The notes: generated from the letters alone by a model not told the origin. 64,000 bases of DNA from Gemmatimonadaceae bacterium (GCA_051859245.1 JBHYGA010000005.1:667527-731526); one strand, 5' to 3'. Counted from the stretch's first letter, positions 10,133-23,928 are shown. Numbers and translations are program-made.

Positions 10133-11106
10133 CCAGCCGCACGCCGCGGCTCTCGTGGCAGAGGCCCGCGCGCGAGGTGCGCGACGGGTCGCCGTGGTTC
10201 GTGGCATCCACCGGGATGCTGCGAGCGCCGTGGCGGCTATCGGTGTTCGCGGCGGCGTTTGTCATGGCGTGGGTGCTCGCGAACAGCTTTCTGTATCCGT
10301 TGCTCACGTTGGCAACGAGCGGTCTGACCACGCCGCCACCGCTGTATCCGTGGCTGATGTTGGTTGCGACGTTCGTCGCGACCGTGATTGCGCTACGCAA
10401 AGTCGACGAACAGGAGTGGAGCGACATCGCCTGTGGCGCCGAGTCGTGGCGCGCGGCGCGTTTGTCGCGTGGCCTGATCGTCGGCGCACTCGCGATTGGC
10501 AGCACGCTGGCGCTCTTGCTGCTCACCGGTGGTGTGACGTTTGAAACAAGTGCGCAGGCCAACGCGACCGCCTGGCTCAGCACGGCCTTGCGCGCGGCCT
10601 TGTTGCTTGCGCCTGCCGCATTATGGGAAGAGCTGATGTTTCGCGGTTACCTGTGGCGTGTTGCTGAACAGAGCAGTGGGTCGCGTATGGCTCTGGCGTT
10701 CACCAGTGTCGCCTTCGGACTCGTGCATTTGCTGAACCCGGGCGCGAATGTGCGCACACTCGGCATCGTGATGCTGGCCGGTGTGTGTCTCGGCGTGATT
10801 CGCATGGTGACGCACAGTGTGCCTGCAGCGTGGCTGGCACATTTCGCGTGGAACTTTGTGATGGCCGCGATTGCGCACGCGCCCGTGAGCGGATTGCCAT
10901 TTGACGCGCCCGGATGGCGCCTCGTGTCGACGGGGCCGGCGTGGTGGAGCGGCGGCGCGTGGGGGCCCGAGGGTGGCGTTGCCGCCGTGCTGGTATTGTG
11001 CAGTGCATTGGGCGCGTACGCGGTGTGGACGTCACGCGCGCGAGCCGTCAACTCATCGAACATTGGTGCGCAGTCGTTCGTGACTGTGCCTTCAGGGAGC
11101 AGATAG
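10129..11106 (+). CDS. CPBP (CAAX protease/Abi) intramembrane metalloprotease
   Basis: [18 protein letters not shown] motifs, multiple TM helices; GTG overlapping thiolase stop chosen as start (uncertain). Confidence 0.88.
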   Translation: MTSRTPRLSWQRPAREVRDGSPWFVASTGMLRAPWRLSVFAAAFVMAWVLANSFLYPLLTLATSGLTTPPPLYPWLMLVATFVATVIALRKVDEQEWSDIACGAESWRAARLSRGLIVGALAIGSTLALLLLTGGVTFETSAQANATAWLSTALRAALLLAPAALWEELMFRGYLWRVAEQSSGSRMALAFTSVAFGLVHLLNPGANVRTLGIVMLAGVCLGVIRMVTHSVPAAWLAHFAWNFVMAAIAHAPVSGLPFDAPGWRLVSTGPAWWSGGAWGPEGGVAAVLVLCSALGAYAVWTSRARAVNSSNIGAQSFVTVPSGSR

Positions 11107-11107
11107 C

Positions 11108-11962
11108 ATGGCCGATCGGATTGCGGTGATTGGGGCGGGGCAGATGGGCAACGGCATCGCCCATGTATTTGCCGTTGGCGGTCACGATGTCACGATGATC
11201 GATGTGAGTAGCGACGCGCTTGAGCGCGGACGCGGCACGATTGCCAAGAACCTTGAGCGTCAGGTCAAGAAGGGCGGCATCGAGTCGAGTGCGGCCGATG
11301 CGGCGCTGGCACGAGTGGCCGTGAACACATCGCTTGATGCGCTCGCCAACGCGGATCTGGTCATTGAAGCGGCCACCGAGCGCCGCGACCTCAAGTTTCA
11401 GATTTTTGCCGACGCGGATCGGATCGCACCGACGCACGCAATTCTTGCGTCGAACACCAGTTCCATTTCGATCACCGAAATTGCCGCGCGTACCAAGCGG
11501 CCGGAACAGGTCATCGGCATGCACTTCATGAATCCCGTGCCGGTCATGCAACTCGTGGAAGTCATTCGCGGGTTGGCCACGAGTGAAGAGACCACCGCGC
11601 GTGTCATGGAATCCGCGCGTGCGTTAGGAAAAACGCCGGTTGAAGCAAACGATTATCCAGGGTTCGTTGCCAATCGCATTCTCATGCCGATGATCAATGA
11701 AGCGATCTACTGCGTGATGGAAGGTGTGGGGACGCCCGAGGCGATCGACACGGTCATGAAGCTTGGCATGAACCATCCCATGGGACCGCTCACGCTGGCG
11801 GATTTTATCGGCCTCGACACGTGTCTCGCGATCATGGACGTACTGCACGAAGGCATGGGCGACTCCAAGTACCGCGCCTGCCCGCTTCTGCGAAAGTATG
11901 TCGCGGCCGGATGGCTCGGTCGAAAGAGCGGCCGCGGCTTTTACGATTACCGGACCACCTGA
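11108..11962 (+). CDS. hbd: 3-hydroxybutyryl-CoA dehydrogenase
   Basis: [42 protein letters not shown]. Confidence 0.93.
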   Translation: MADRIAVIGAGQMGNGIAHVFAVGGHDVTMIDVSSDALERGRGTIAKNLERQVKKGGIESSAADAALARVAVNTSLDALANADLVIEAATERRDLKFQIFADADRIAPTHAILASNTSSISITEIAARTKRPEQVIGMHFMNPVPVMQLVEVIRGLATSEETTARVMESARALGKTPVEANDYPGFVANRILMPMINEAIYCVMEGVGTPEAIDTVMKLGMNHPMGPLTLADFIGLDTCLAIMDVLHEGMGDSKYRACPLLRKYVAAGWLGRKSGRGFYDYRTT

Positions 11963-13152
11963 TGTCACTGCTTCTGTATACGGAGTTGCAGCGCGAGATT
12001 CAGCGCACCGCGCGCGAGTTTGCCCAGCGCGAGTTGGCGCCCATCGCCGCTGAACTCGACCGCGAAGCGCGATTTGAACACGCGCTCGTGAAACGCCTGT
12101 CGGAACTCGGCTTCCTGGGCATGCTCATTCCCGAGCAGTGGGATGGCCTCGGACTTGATGCCGGCTCATACCTGCTGGCGCTTGAAGAAATCGCGGTTGC
12201 CGATGCGTCGGCCGCGGTGCTGATGAGTGTGCACAACTCGTTGCCCACGCAGATGCTGCTCAACTATGGCAATGACGCGCAGCGTGAGCAGTTCCTGAAG
12301 CCTATGGCGCGTGGCGAAATGCTTGGCGCGTTTGCGCTCTCCGAGCCAGATGCCGGCAGTGACGCGGCGGGGCTGCGCACGCAGGCGGTGCGAGATGGTG
12401 ACGACTACATACTCACCGGCACCAAGGCCTGGGTCTCGCACGGCACGCACGCCGATGTGATTCTGGCCATGGCGCGCACCGACGTGAGCGACGCGCGCGC
12501 CGGCGCCAAGGGCATCTCCACGTTCATTCTCACGCCTGATCTACCCGGCTTCAGCGTGGGGAAGAAAGAAGACAAAATGGGTTTGCGCTCGTCGCCCACC
12601 GTGCAGATCAATCTCGACAACTGCCGAGTGCCTGCTGACCGCCTGCTCGGCGAAGAAGGCCGTGGCTTCATGTACGCGCTCGCGTCACTCGATCACGGTC
12701 GACTCGGGATTGCTGCGCAGGCCATCGGCATCGCGCGTGCGGCGCTTGAAGCGGCGGCGCAGTACGCCACGGAGCGCAAACAGTTCGGCGAAGCGATTGC
12801 CGGATTTCAGATCATTCAGTTCAAGCTGGCCGATATGGCCACGCGCATTACGGCGGCGCGCACGTTGTTGCACGCTGCGGCCGCCGCGAAAGAGCGTGGC
12901 GAGCGCATTACCCGATTTAGCTCCATGGCCAAGTTGTTCGCCACGGAGACTGCCATGTGGGTTACCTCCGAAGCCATTCAGATTCATGGTGGCTACGGTT
13001 ACGTGACCGACTATCCGGTCGAACGCCATTTCCGCGACGCCAAGGTGACGGAGATTTACGAAGGCACCTCGGAGATTCAGCGGATTGTGATTGCGCGCGA
13101 CCTTCTTGCTGCCGTGTCGCAGGGCGACATACACGGCCACCTCACCGACTGA
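11962..13152 (+). CDS. Acyl-CoA dehydrogenase (short/branched-chain type)
   Basis: FALSEPDAGSD, GTKAWVS, EDKMG, HGGYGY, IYEGTSEIQR; TGATG overlap with hbd. Confidence 0.95.
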   Translation: MSLLLYTELQREIQRTAREFAQRELAPIAAELDREARFEHALVKRLSELGFLGMLIPEQWDGLGLDAGSYLLALEEIAVADASAAVLMSVHNSLPTQMLLNYGNDAQREQFLKPMARGEMLGAFALSEPDAGSDAAGLRTQAVRDGDDYILTGTKAWVSHGTHADVILAMARTDVSDARAGAKGISTFILTPDLPGFSVGKKEDKMGLRSSPTVQINLDNCRVPADRLLGEEGRGFMYALASLDHGRLGIAAQAIGIARAALEAAAQYATERKQFGEAIAGFQIIQFKLADMATRITAARTLLHAAAAAKERGERITRFSSMAKLFATETAMWVTSEAIQIHGGYGYVTDYPVERHFRDAKVTEIYEGTSEIQRIVIARDLLAAVSQGDIHGHLTD

Positions 13153-13163
13153 TACTCCCCTCT

Positions 13164-14240
13164 ATGCAATTCTTCGAAACCATCGCCGACATGGGCCACG
13201 AGCAGCTGGTCATGTGTCATGACCGCGCCAGCGGCTACCGCGGCATTATTGCGATCCACGATACCACACTTGGTCCGGCACTCGGCGGACTGCGCTTCTG
13301 GAATTACAAGACAGACGAAGAAGCGATTGTGGACGCGCTGCGGCTCTCGCGCGGCATGACGTACAAGAACGCCGTGGCCGGATTGAATCTTGGTGGTGGA
13401 AAGGCGGTGATGATCGGTGATAACCGCACCGCAAATCGCGAGATGTTGTTCCGCGCGCACGGACGTTTTGTGGATTCGCTCGGTGGCCGCTACATCACGG
13501 CCGAAGATGTTGGTACCAGCGTGGAAGACATGGACTTCGTGCACATGGAAACGAAGCATGTCACCGGCATTGGCTCCAAGTCGGGCGATCCGTCGAGCGT
13601 GACAGCGCACGGTGTGTTTCGGGCGATCGAAGCGTCGGCGCACGAGCGGTGGGGCAGTGATTCGTTGCAGGGCAAGCGCGTGGCGATTCAGGGCTGCGGC
13701 AACGTGGGATTGCATCTCGCCAAGGAGCTGTATGCGGCCGGTGCAACGCTTGTGGTTACCGACATTGACGAGTTCCGCATCAAGCGCGTGGTGGACGCGA
13801 CCGGAGCCGAGGTGGTGGCGCCGGACGCGATTTACGGCCAGCAGGCCGACATCTTTGCGCCGTGTGCACTCGGTGGCGTGATCAACGACACAACCATTCC
13901 GCAACTGCGTGTGGAGATTGTGGCAGGCGCGGCGAACAATCAGCTGCTTGAAGATCGCCACGGCGACGAACTCGCGGCGAAGGGTATTCTCTACGCGCCC
14001 GACTATGTGGTGAACGCGGGTGGTGTGATCAATGTGTACAGCGAGCTCACCGGCTGGACGCGCGATCGTGCACTTCGCAAAGCTGACGAAATTTACGAAA
14101 CGGTGCTGAGTGTGTTCCGCCTCGCAAAGCGCGACGGTGTGCCGACGTATCGTGCCGCCGATCTTGTCGCGGAGCAGCGCATCAGCGCGGTGCGTGCAAT
14201 GGTGCGGCAGTGGCCGCAGTACCCCAACAAGGAGACCTGA
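13164..14240 (+). CDS. Glu/Leu/Phe/Val dehydrogenase (leucine dehydrogenase-like)
   Basis: TLGPALGG, GMTYKN, GGGK, TAEDVG, QGCGNVG, GAANNQL, PDYVVNAGG. Confidence 0.94.
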   Translation: MQFFETIADMGHEQLVMCHDRASGYRGIIAIHDTTLGPALGGLRFWNYKTDEEAIVDALRLSRGMTYKNAVAGLNLGGGKAVMIGDNRTANREMLFRAHGRFVDSLGGRYITAEDVGTSVEDMDFVHMETKHVTGIGSKSGDPSSVTAHGVFRAIEASAHERWGSDSLQGKRVAIQGCGNVGLHLAKELYAAGATLVVTDIDEFRIKRVVDATGAEVVAPDAIYGQQADIFAPCALGGVINDTTIPQLRVEIVAGAANNQLLEDRHGDELAAKGILYAPDYVVNAGGVINVYSELTGWTRDRALRKADEIYETVLSVFRLAKRDGVPTYRAADLVAEQRISAVRAMVRQWPQYPNKET

Positions 14241-14259
14241 GCGCAGGCTCAGGACACAC

Positions 14260-14745
14260 ATGGCCGAACGCATTCCCATCGCATCTGATCACGCAGGCTT
14301 TGAGCTCAAGGAACGACTGCGCACCGTGCTCAGTGACGCGGGCTTTGATGTCGATGACATCGGCACGCATGGCACCGCCAGTACGGATTACGCCGACTAC
14401 GCGCATCCGCTGGCACAGCAGGTGTCCGATGGGACAGTGCAGCGCGGTGTGCTGTTGTGCGGCACGGGCCTTGGCATGTCGTACACGGCCAACCGCTATC
14501 CTGGCGTGCGCGCCGCCGTCGCCTGGAGTCCCGAGGTGGCGGAACTGGCGCGCAAGCACAATGATGCCAATGTGCTCGTGCTGCCGGCGCGGTTTCTGTC
14601 TGACGAAGATGGCATTGCGATTTTGCAGCGTTGGCTCGAGACGGACTTTGAAGGTGGTCGACACGAGCGTCGTGTCGCCAAGATTGAGCGGGACGATGAA
14701 GCACCAGAGTCAGCAGACGATGCGTCTGCGGGAGTGCGGGAATGA
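14260..14745 (+). CDS. rpiB: Ribose-5-phosphate isomerase B
   Basis: [27 protein letters not shown]. Confidence 0.95.
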   Translation: MAERIPIASDHAGFELKERLRTVLSDAGFDVDDIGTHGTASTDYADYAHPLAQQVSDGTVQRGVLLCGTGLGMSYTANRYPGVRAAVAWSPEVAELARKHNDANVLVLPARFLSDEDGIAILQRWLETDFEGGRHERRVAKIERDDEAPESADDASAGVRE

Positions 14746-16094
14746 GTGAGCACACGGCGAACGGCGGCGCGGGCACGGAACTGCTCGCGCACGAAGTACA
14801 CGACGCGAACCGGTGGCCGGATTGGGATCGCTGCCCACCCGGCGCTGCACTTCGTGCAACTGACCCTGCCATTGCGCATTTGCTGGACGAAGAAATCATG
14901 CGTCAGGGCGAAGGACTCGAACTGATCGCCAGCGAAAATTTTGTGTCGCCGGCGGTCATGGAAGCCATGGGCTCACCGCTCACGAACAAGTACGCCGAAG
15001 GTTTGCCGGGCAAGCGGTACTATGGTGGTTGCGAAGTGGTCGACAAAATTGAGCAGCTGGCAATTGATCGCGCCAAGCAACTGTTCGGTGCTGACCACGC
15101 CAATGTGCAGCCGCACTCGGGCGCGTCGGCCAATGCCGCCGTGTTTCTGGCCTTCCTCAAGCCGGGCGACACGTTTCTGGGCATGGATCTGTCGCAGGGC
15201 GGGCACCTCACACACGGTTCACCTGTCAATTTTTCGGGCTTGTTGTACAAGGCTGTGTCGTACGGTGTCACCGACGAAGGGTACATCGACTACGACGCCA
15301 TGCGTGCGCAGGCGCGGGCGCACTCGCCGAAGATGATCATTGCCGGCTACAGTGCGTACTCGCGCGTGATCGATTGGTCGGCGTTCGCCGAGATTGCGAA
15401 AGAAGTGGGTGCGCTGTTCATGGTGGATATGGCACACTTTGCGGGTCTGGCTGCCACGGGCGTGTACCCGTCGCCGGTGCCTTTCGCAGACATTGTGACC
15501 AGCACTACGCACAAAACGCTGCGCGGTCCGCGCGGCGGCATCATTCTGTGCAAGGCGGAACACGCAAAAGCAGTGGACAAATCGGTGTTCCCCGGAATGC
15601 AGGGTGGTCCGCTCGAGCATGTGATTGCCGCCAAGGCGGTGGCGTTTCATGAGGCGTTGCAGCCGGCGTTTACCGACTACTGCGCGCGTGTGGTGCAAAA
15701 TGCCAAACATCTTGCCGGGGCGTTGATGGCACGTGGGTTCAACGTGGTGTCGGGCGGTACCGACAACCATCTCATGCTCGTGGACCTGCGCAACCGTGGG
15801 CTCACAGGCAAGCTCGCCGAGGCAGCGCTTGATCGCGCCGGTATCACGCTGAACAAAAACACGGTGCCAAAGGAAACGCAGTCGCCGTTTGTGACGAGCG
15901 GCGTGCGCATTGGTACGCCCGCGGTCACTACACGCGGGATGGACGAAGCGGCCATGGATCAGATCGCGTCGCTCATTGATCGTGTGTTGCTGGCACCAGA
16001 AGACGCGTCTGTGTTGCAGTCAGTCAAGGCGGATGTGCGTGCGTTGGCCGCACAGTTTCCCTTGTATCCGATGGTCGGCGGAAGTCGGAGCTGA
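14742..16094 (+). CDS. glyA: Serine hydroxymethyltransferase
   Basis: [32 protein letters not shown]. Confidence 0.98.
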   Translation: MSEHTANGGAGTELLAHEVHDANRWPDWDRCPPGAALRATDPAIAHLLDEEIMRQGEGLELIASENFVSPAVMEAMGSPLTNKYAEGLPGKRYYGGCEVVDKIEQLAIDRAKQLFGADHANVQPHSGASANAAVFLAFLKPGDTFLGMDLSQGGHLTHGSPVNFSGLLYKAVSYGVTDEGYIDYDAMRAQARAHSPKMIIAGYSAYSRVIDWSAFAEIAKEVGALFMVDMAHFAGLAATGVYPSPVPFADIVTSTTHKTLRGPRGGIILCKAEHAKAVDKSVFPGMQGGPLEHVIAAKAVAFHEALQPAFTDYCARVVQNAKHLAGALMARGFNVVSGGTDNHLMLVDLRNRGLTGKLAEAALDRAGITLNKNTVPKETQSPFVTSGVRIGTPAVTTRGMDEAAMDQIASLIDRVLLAPEDASVLQSVKADVRALAAQFPLYPMVGGSRS

Positions 16095-16249
16095 GGCGCC
16101 GCAGGAAGTTGGAACGGTGTTTGGGCCCCGCGCAAGGCATTGTGACCACCGGCGTGGGGCCACATCTTTTGAAGAGGTGAGTCTGGACGGGCGCTCCGCC
16201 GTATGGAGCCGAACAGTACGCGTGCCACAGTGACTTCTGGAGCGGGTGA

Positions 16250-16636
16250 GTGACGGAGCTGGCCTTTCGTGACGGCATTATGGAGCAGATCCGCTTGCGT
16301 GAGCAGCGGTTCGATGAGCGCGCCTATCTGTTTGTGTTGGCGGCGCTTGAGTATTGCCAGGGCCGGTTGACAGAGCGCCGTCACATTACCGGGCCTGAGC
16401 TGGCGCACGCGTGTCGCACGCTGGCCATGGAGCGCTTTGGTGTCACGGCGCGCCTCGTGCTTGACCACTGGGGCGTACGCACAACGCAGGACATTGGCGA
16501 CATCGTGTTCACGCTGGTGGAACTCGGTTTGCTGATCAGTCAGCCGCAGGATCGTCGCGAAGATTTTCAGGACGTATTCGACTTCGCGCAAACCTTTGAA
16601 CGCGAATATCCCTGGAGTGCGGCGCAGCTCGTGTGA
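16250..16636 (+). CDS. Minf_1886-family protein
   Basis: AYLFVLAAL, RHITGPEL, FG...VLDHWGV..TQDIGDIVFTLV, DRREDF pattern. Confidence 0.8.
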   Translation: MTELAFRDGIMEQIRLREQRFDERAYLFVLAALEYCQGRLTERRHITGPELAHACRTLAMERFGVTARLVLDHWGVRTTQDIGDIVFTLVELGLLISQPQDRREDFQDVFDFAQTFEREYPWSAAQLV

Positions 16637-16670
16637 GCGGCGTGCACCCTTCCCGATTCTTTCCTGTCCC

Positions 16671-16868
16671 ATGGTTCCAGTCCACGCATTGCCTGCCTGT
16701 GCCAAGTGCGGGACCGGCACACTCCTCCCACTCAGCGACTACGGTCGTGATGGCGCGCCGATCACGTACAAAGCGTGGGTGTGTTCGAACGCCACCTGCG
16801 GATTCAGCGTGCGTATCGACAACGGCGAGATTGGATACGGGCGCATGGTTGGCGTAAGCCAAAAATGA
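16671..16868 (+). CDS. Small putative zinc-ribbon protein (65 aa)
   Basis: CAKC...LLPLSDYG...YKAWVCSNATC: two Cys pairs; fills the gap in a co-directional gene run. Confidence 0.7.
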   Translation: MVPVHALPACAKCGTGTLLPLSDYGRDGAPITYKAWVCSNATCGFSVRIDNGEIGYGRMVGVSQK

Positions 16869-16871
16869 CCG

Positions 16872-18719
16872 GTGCGTGTGCGGTGGACGCGCGTGCCTGA
16901 GGGCGTGCGTGTGACCACCGCCGCCGAAGCAGCTGCACGCGACGCGTTGGCCATTGCATCGGGCACACCGTCGTTCTTGCTCATGCTGCGCGCCGGGACC
17001 GCGGCCGCTTCGCACATCGTGCGCATCGCGTCACATCGTCTGGCGTTCGGTGTGCACGTGTACGCCGGTTCCGGCAACAATGGTGGTGACGGTTACATCG
17101 TTGCGGCGCAGTTAAGTCGACTTGGTGTGCGCGTGCTCCTCCACGAAGTCGCGGCGCCGCGCACGCCAGACGCAATTGCCGCCGCGCAACTCGCACGACG
17201 ACATCTCGCCACCGAGCAGTTTGTCGCGAGTGAAGATACGGGCATTGCGACTGCGGCTCGCGTCGCGACGTTCACCATGACCCAAGCGGTATTCGTCGAT
17301 GCGATGCTCGGCACGGGGGCCAATGGGGTGCTGCGTGGCGCTGTTGCGCAAGCCGCGCACGTCTTCCGGCGTGCGAGGGAAGGTGGTGCCATCATTGTGT
17401 CGCTCGATGTTCCGACGGGCCTCGATGCGAGCACTGGCGAGTTGGCCCCGGATCATGTTGTTGCACATCACACGCTCACGTTCGGCACGTGCAAAGCGGG
17501 TCTCTTGTCGGCGCGAGACGCATGCGGCGAGATCACCGTGCTCGATATTGGGCTGGGTGCGCATGCAGAAATCAGTGACGATGCCGCCAGACTCGCGGAT
17601 GCCCGCGCGTTGCGTGCAACCCTGCCGGCGATTGCGTGGAACGCGCACAAGGGCACGCGCGGTCGCGTGCTCATTGTTGGCGGCGCTCGGGGAATGGCGG
17701 GCGCGGCGCAACTGGCGGCGCGCGGTGCGCTCGCGTCCGGCGCCGGCCTCGTGCGCGCCTACGTGCACTCCAGCAGTGTTCCGGCACTGCAAGCGAGCAC
17801 ACCGGCGGTGGTGTGTCAGTCGTGGCGTGGGCGGGGGGCGGCCGAGAGCCCATGGCGCGACCAGGCGCTGCGTACGTCTCGGGATGCGTCGCGTGATGCG
17901 TCAGGTGATCCTGCACTCGATGAGTCCGTTACGGTGCATGAATATCACGAACGGCTCGCGGCCAACGCTGACGAGTTCGCCAACTGGGCGCACGTGGTCG
18001 CGATCGGTCCGGGACTCGGACGTGACCGCGTGGCCGAGCGTGTATTGCGCGAGACGATACGGCGCGTAAGTGCTGGCAACGCGTCAATTGTGTTCGACGC
18101 GGACGCGCTCACCGTGCTTGGATCGATCTATTCGCCAGACGAGATCAGGCGCCTCGCCGCGTCGCGCCGTATCGTACTCACGCCGCACGCGGGCGAGTTC
18201 GCGACACTCGCGCGTGCGTTCAACATTGCAGTTGATACGCAGTCGCCAGAATTTGCGCGCGACCTTTCCGTACGGCGGCAGAGCGCTGTCGCGCTTGCAA
18301 CTCGGACGGGATGCATTGTGCTGCTCAAGGGAGCGCCGAGCGTCTGCGTGGCGCCTGATGGTGACGCGTGGATCGTGCCGCGTGGTACGTCTGCACTGGC
18401 AACTGGCGGAACTGGAGATGTCCTGACCGGCGTAATGGCAGCGCTGCTCGCATCAAAGCATGCCGCACCGCGCGCACGTATGGCGCAGTCCGAACAGCAG
18501 TCGGCAACTGACACCGCTGCGGAAACCTGTGCGCTTGCTGCCACCGCAGCGTGGGTGCATGGCGTGGCCGGTGAGCACACTGCGGCCCGCATTGGCGTGC
18601 GCGGCAGCACGGTCGAGGATATCGTGCACGCGCTTCCGTCCGCGTGGTCCGCGCTCACGCATCCGGCACCGTTGTGGCCAAATATGCTTTCCGTCGTGCC
18701 GCCATGCGTTCACGAATAG
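16872..18719 (+). CDS. nnr: Bifunctional NAD(P)HX epimerase/dehydratase
   Basis: GSGNNGGDG, DAMLGTG, LDVPTG, HKGTRG, GPGLG, DADAL, TPHAGEF, LATGGTGDVL. Start uncertain. Confidence 0.93.
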   Translation: MRVRWTRVPEGVRVTTAAEAAARDALAIASGTPSFLLMLRAGTAAASHIVRIASHRLAFGVHVYAGSGNNGGDGYIVAAQLSRLGVRVLLHEVAAPRTPDAIAAAQLARRHLATEQFVASEDTGIATAARVATFTMTQAVFVDAMLGTGANGVLRGAVAQAAHVFRRAREGGAIIVSLDVPTGLDASTGELAPDHVVAHHTLTFGTCKAGLLSARDACGEITVLDIGLGAHAEISDDAARLADARALRATLPAIAWNAHKGTRGRVLIVGGARGMAGAAQLAARGALASGAGLVRAYVHSSSVPALQASTPAVVCQSWRGRGAAESPWRDQALRTSRDASRDASGDPALDESVTVHEYHERLAANADEFANWAHVVAIGPGLGRDRVAERVLRETIRRVSAGNASIVFDADALTVLGSIYSPDEIRRLAASRRIVLTPHAGEFATLARAFNIAVDTQSPEFARDLSVRRQSAVALATRTGCIVLLKGAPSVCVAPDGDAWIVPRGTSALATGGTGDVLTGVMAALLASKHAAPRARMAQSEQQSATDTAAETCALAATAAWVHGVAGEHTAARIGVRGSTVEDIVHALPSAWSALTHPAPLWPNMLSVVPPCVHE

Positions 18720-20410
18720 CATTGGTCGGCGTGGCACTCGCCGTGGTGGGATGCGCAACGAGCGGCGGTGCAGGTGGCGGTGCAGTACGCAGCGTGCCGT
18801 TGGGCGTGGATGACCGCATCGTTGTGCGCAGCAGCGCCGATGTGTTCAGCGTCAGCACCACCACTCGTTATGTCTACGCGCTGACAAGCGGCGGCTTGAT
18901 TACCTACGATCGTACGTTCGCGCGATGGAAACCGATTTCGGCCCGCAGCGAAGAAGACTTGCAGCTGGTCAACATTGATCGCGCCCGCCTGCCGATCATG
19001 AGAGCGGATGTGATTGACGATGCCGTCTGGATTGGTATCAACGGTGCCGTGCTGCGGTATCGCGCACAACTCGACCAGGTAGAGCGTTTTTCTGTGCCGG
19101 GGCAGGTGAGCGCCCTTCGCCTCGCTCGCGATGGGGCATATGTGAATGCCTCCGGTCAGTGGTTCAGCGTATCGCGTGGAGGATTTGTCTCTCCGATCGC
19201 TGGTGGTACTGGCGGAGTGGCGCTGGCCTTCGAGCCCGATCTCGACGCTGTGTACCAAGCGCACCCTTCACTGCGTGGACAGCTTGAGTTTCTGCTGCGC
19301 GATTCACGAGCGGCCGGCGCAGGCGGCGGCCTGTTCCCGCGCGTGATTGCCGGCACGCTTTCCCCCGATCGCACCGGAGAAATCTGGATCGGCACACTCG
19401 GCGATGGTCTCTGGACTGTGGATGCGAATTTCCTGCAAGCGACGCCGCTTCGGTATGGTGTGCTTGATGACGCGATTGGCGCACTCACGATCACGGCGGA
19501 CGGCGTGATCAGCGCCGGGCAGGGCACGCGTCGCGGCGCAGGAATCTCGGTGGTGCATCGCGATCTCCAGCTGTTTCGTTGGATTACCAGCCCCAGCAGC
19601 GCGCCGCTCGACGGTGCATACGCGACGGCGCTTGCGACTCGTGGCGCGAACGTGTGGGTTGCGACCGATCGTGGTGTCGTGCGCGTGAGAGTTGGCGAGA
19701 CCCCGGCGTTCACACAATGGACCGCTCTGCATGGTTTGCCCGCCGAACAGGCCCTGAGTGTGGTGGCGTTGGACGACGGCGCGTGGGTGGGCACAACGCG
19801 TGGTCTGGTCTTCATTCACGACTCGAGCAACAATGCGGCCGTGCGCGGCAACGTCACCCTCGCCGGTTTCCCGGGCGAGCCGGTACATACACTCATGCGA
19901 GTGCGTGACCAGCTGCTTGTCGGAACTGCTCGCGGTTTGTTTACGCTGAAAGTAAGCGGACGTGAAGACGCTTCACAGAACACTGCGCCGCAGCGACTGC
20001 TCGGCCGCAACGCAATGTTTGTGCGACCTATTCAAGCGGCTGCGTGGAGCGATTCAACGCTCCTGCTGGTGACAGATCGCCGAGCGCATCTGTTGTCGCT
20101 TGAGCGTACACTGCAATCGGCGTACGATTCTGTTGCGTCCAGCCAATCCGACAGTGTCTGGAGTGAGTTTGAGCTGCAAACAATTGCACCGGTACACTCC
20201 GCAGCGATGGATGCGCGCTCGCTGTGGATTGCCGGACGAAACGGTGTGCTCACATATTCTCGCTTGAGCGGCGCCACGCGCATGCTGCGCGCGGGAGTTG
20301 ATGTGCCGGCGCGCGTGACAGCGGTTGCACTAGATGACAGCTGGGCGTGGATCGGAACGGATCGTGGAATTGTTCGCGTGAAGCGCGCGAGTGACGGTGG
20401 TTTGCCATGA
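18704..20410 (+). CDS. Beta-propeller lipoprotein of unknown function
   Basis: Lipobox VVGC; repeated WIGT/WVAT..GL blades (two-component-regulator-propeller-like), HGLP. Confidence 0.75.
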   Translation: MRSRIALVGVALAVVGCATSGGAGGGAVRSVPLGVDDRIVVRSSADVFSVSTTTRYVYALTSGGLITYDRTFARWKPISARSEEDLQLVNIDRARLPIMRADVIDDAVWIGINGAVLRYRAQLDQVERFSVPGQVSALRLARDGAYVNASGQWFSVSRGGFVSPIAGGTGGVALAFEPDLDAVYQAHPSLRGQLEFLLRDSRAAGAGGGLFPRVIAGTLSPDRTGEIWIGTLGDGLWTVDANFLQATPLRYGVLDDAIGALTITADGVISAGQGTRRGAGISVVHRDLQLFRWITSPSSAPLDGAYATALATRGANVWVATDRGVVRVRVGETPAFTQWTALHGLPAEQALSVVALDDGAWVGTTRGLVFIHDSSNNAAVRGNVTLAGFPGEPVHTLMRVRDQLLVGTARGLFTLKVSGREDASQNTAPQRLLGRNAMFVRPIQAAAWSDSTLLLVTDRRAHLLSLERTLQSAYDSVASSQSDSVWSEFELQTIAPVHSAAMDARSLWIAGRNGVLTYSRLSGATRMLRAGVDVPARVTAVALDDSWAWIGTDRGIVRVKRASDGGLP

Positions 20411-21392
20411 ACGAACATTCGCCGCGTGATTCGTCAGCACATGTGCCAATGAGTGGGGGCGCCGAGTTCGACGCTATCCGAAGCCTGCTCGATCGGTGGG
20501 GCGCGTTGGCCGAAGGTGTGGGTGACGATGCCGCCGTGTTCACACCGCCACCGGGTGAACACCTCGTATTCTCAACTGACGCGAGTGTCGAAGATGTTCA
20601 CTTTCGCGCGTCGTGGCTCTCGCCACAGGAGATTGGTGCGCGCGCGACCGCGGCGGCGCTGAGCGATCTCGCCGCGATGGGCGCGCGGGCGCTCGCGGTG
20701 CTCGTGGCGCTCGAGGTACCGCCGCTGTGGCAGAAGCGTTTGTCTGAACTCGCCGACGGTATTGGTCGCGTGGTCGAGCACGCGAACGCGCGGATCATCG
20801 GCGGCAACATGACACGAGGCGAACGGCTGTCGATCACCATGACCGTGATCGGAGCGACCGAGCGCCCAGTGTATCGCCGGGGCGCGCGACCGGGCGACGC
20901 ACTGTGGGTTACCGGACGGCTGGGTGGACCCCAGCAGGCGTTGACGGCCTGGTCCGCGGGTGCCGCGCCGTTGCCTGAAGCCCGCGCGCGCTTCGTCTCG
21001 CCCGTGGCGAGGCTCCGGGAAGGGGCCTGGCTGGCCGCGGTAGGCGCTCGCGCCATGATTGACATCTCAGATGGCCTTCTGGCCGACGCGGGCCACCTGG
21101 CCGCGGCCTCACGCGTGCAGTGCGAGCTCTGGCTGGACACGCTGCCGGTTGTGGGCGACTGCACACCGCTCGACGCGCTCAGCAGCGGCGAGGAGTACGA
21201 ACTGCTCGTCGCGACCGACCCGGATCTTGATGCCGACGGGTTCGCTCGGCGGTTTGGTGTGCCGCTGACCCGCATCGGCGTCGTTCGCGTGGCTGATCCG
21301 ACCGGTCCCTACGTGCAGCTGCGCGCGTCTGAGCACGCGCCGTCACCGCTTCGCGTTGATCTTCCGGGCGGGCACGACCACTTTTCAGCGTA

Positions 21393-21393
<1 letters not shown>
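20407..21393 (+). CDS. thiL: Thiamine-monophosphate kinase
   Basis: GDDAA, STD..VEDVHF, SDLAAMG, IDISDGL, GEEYEL. Confidence 0.95.
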
Positions 21394-23515
<2,122 letters not shown>

Positions 23516-23554
23516 ACGGAGCGCCCAATATCGTGAACACCAACACGTGCTTGC

Positions 23555-23905
23555 ATGCCGGTGAATAGCACGACGCGTCGTGGCCCAACGGCCGCGCGGC
23601 GTGTCGCCATACGTGTTGGTGCAGCGGTGGGCGCGCTGCTGATTCTGCTCTTTGCGCTCGAAGGCGGCGAGTACGGGACGCGTGATTTGCTGTCGCGAAC
23701 CAGCCGGCGCGCAGCACTCGAACTCGAAGTGCAGCAACTGCAGCTGGTGGTGGATTCGCTCAAACGCGAAACACGCGCCGTGGAATCGGATCTCGGTACG
23801 CTCGAGCGGATTGCACGCGAGGAATACGGCATGGTGAAAGGCGATCGCGAACTGCTGTATCGATTCGCCGACGATCTGGAAGCGGAACGCGACACGGTGC
23901 GATAG
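23555..23905 (+). CDS. ftsB: Septum formation initiator FtsB/DivIC family
   Basis: One TM helix, coiled coil, LERIAREEYGMVK; follows eno as in many bacteria. Confidence 0.85.
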   Translation: MPVNSTTRRGPTAARRVAIRVGAAVGALLILLFALEGGEYGTRDLLSRTSRRAALELEVQQLQLVVDSLKRETRAVESDLGTLERIAREEYGMVKGDRELLYRFADDLEAERDTVR

Positions 23906-23928
23906 TCGGTTCGAATGCGCGACAGGGG

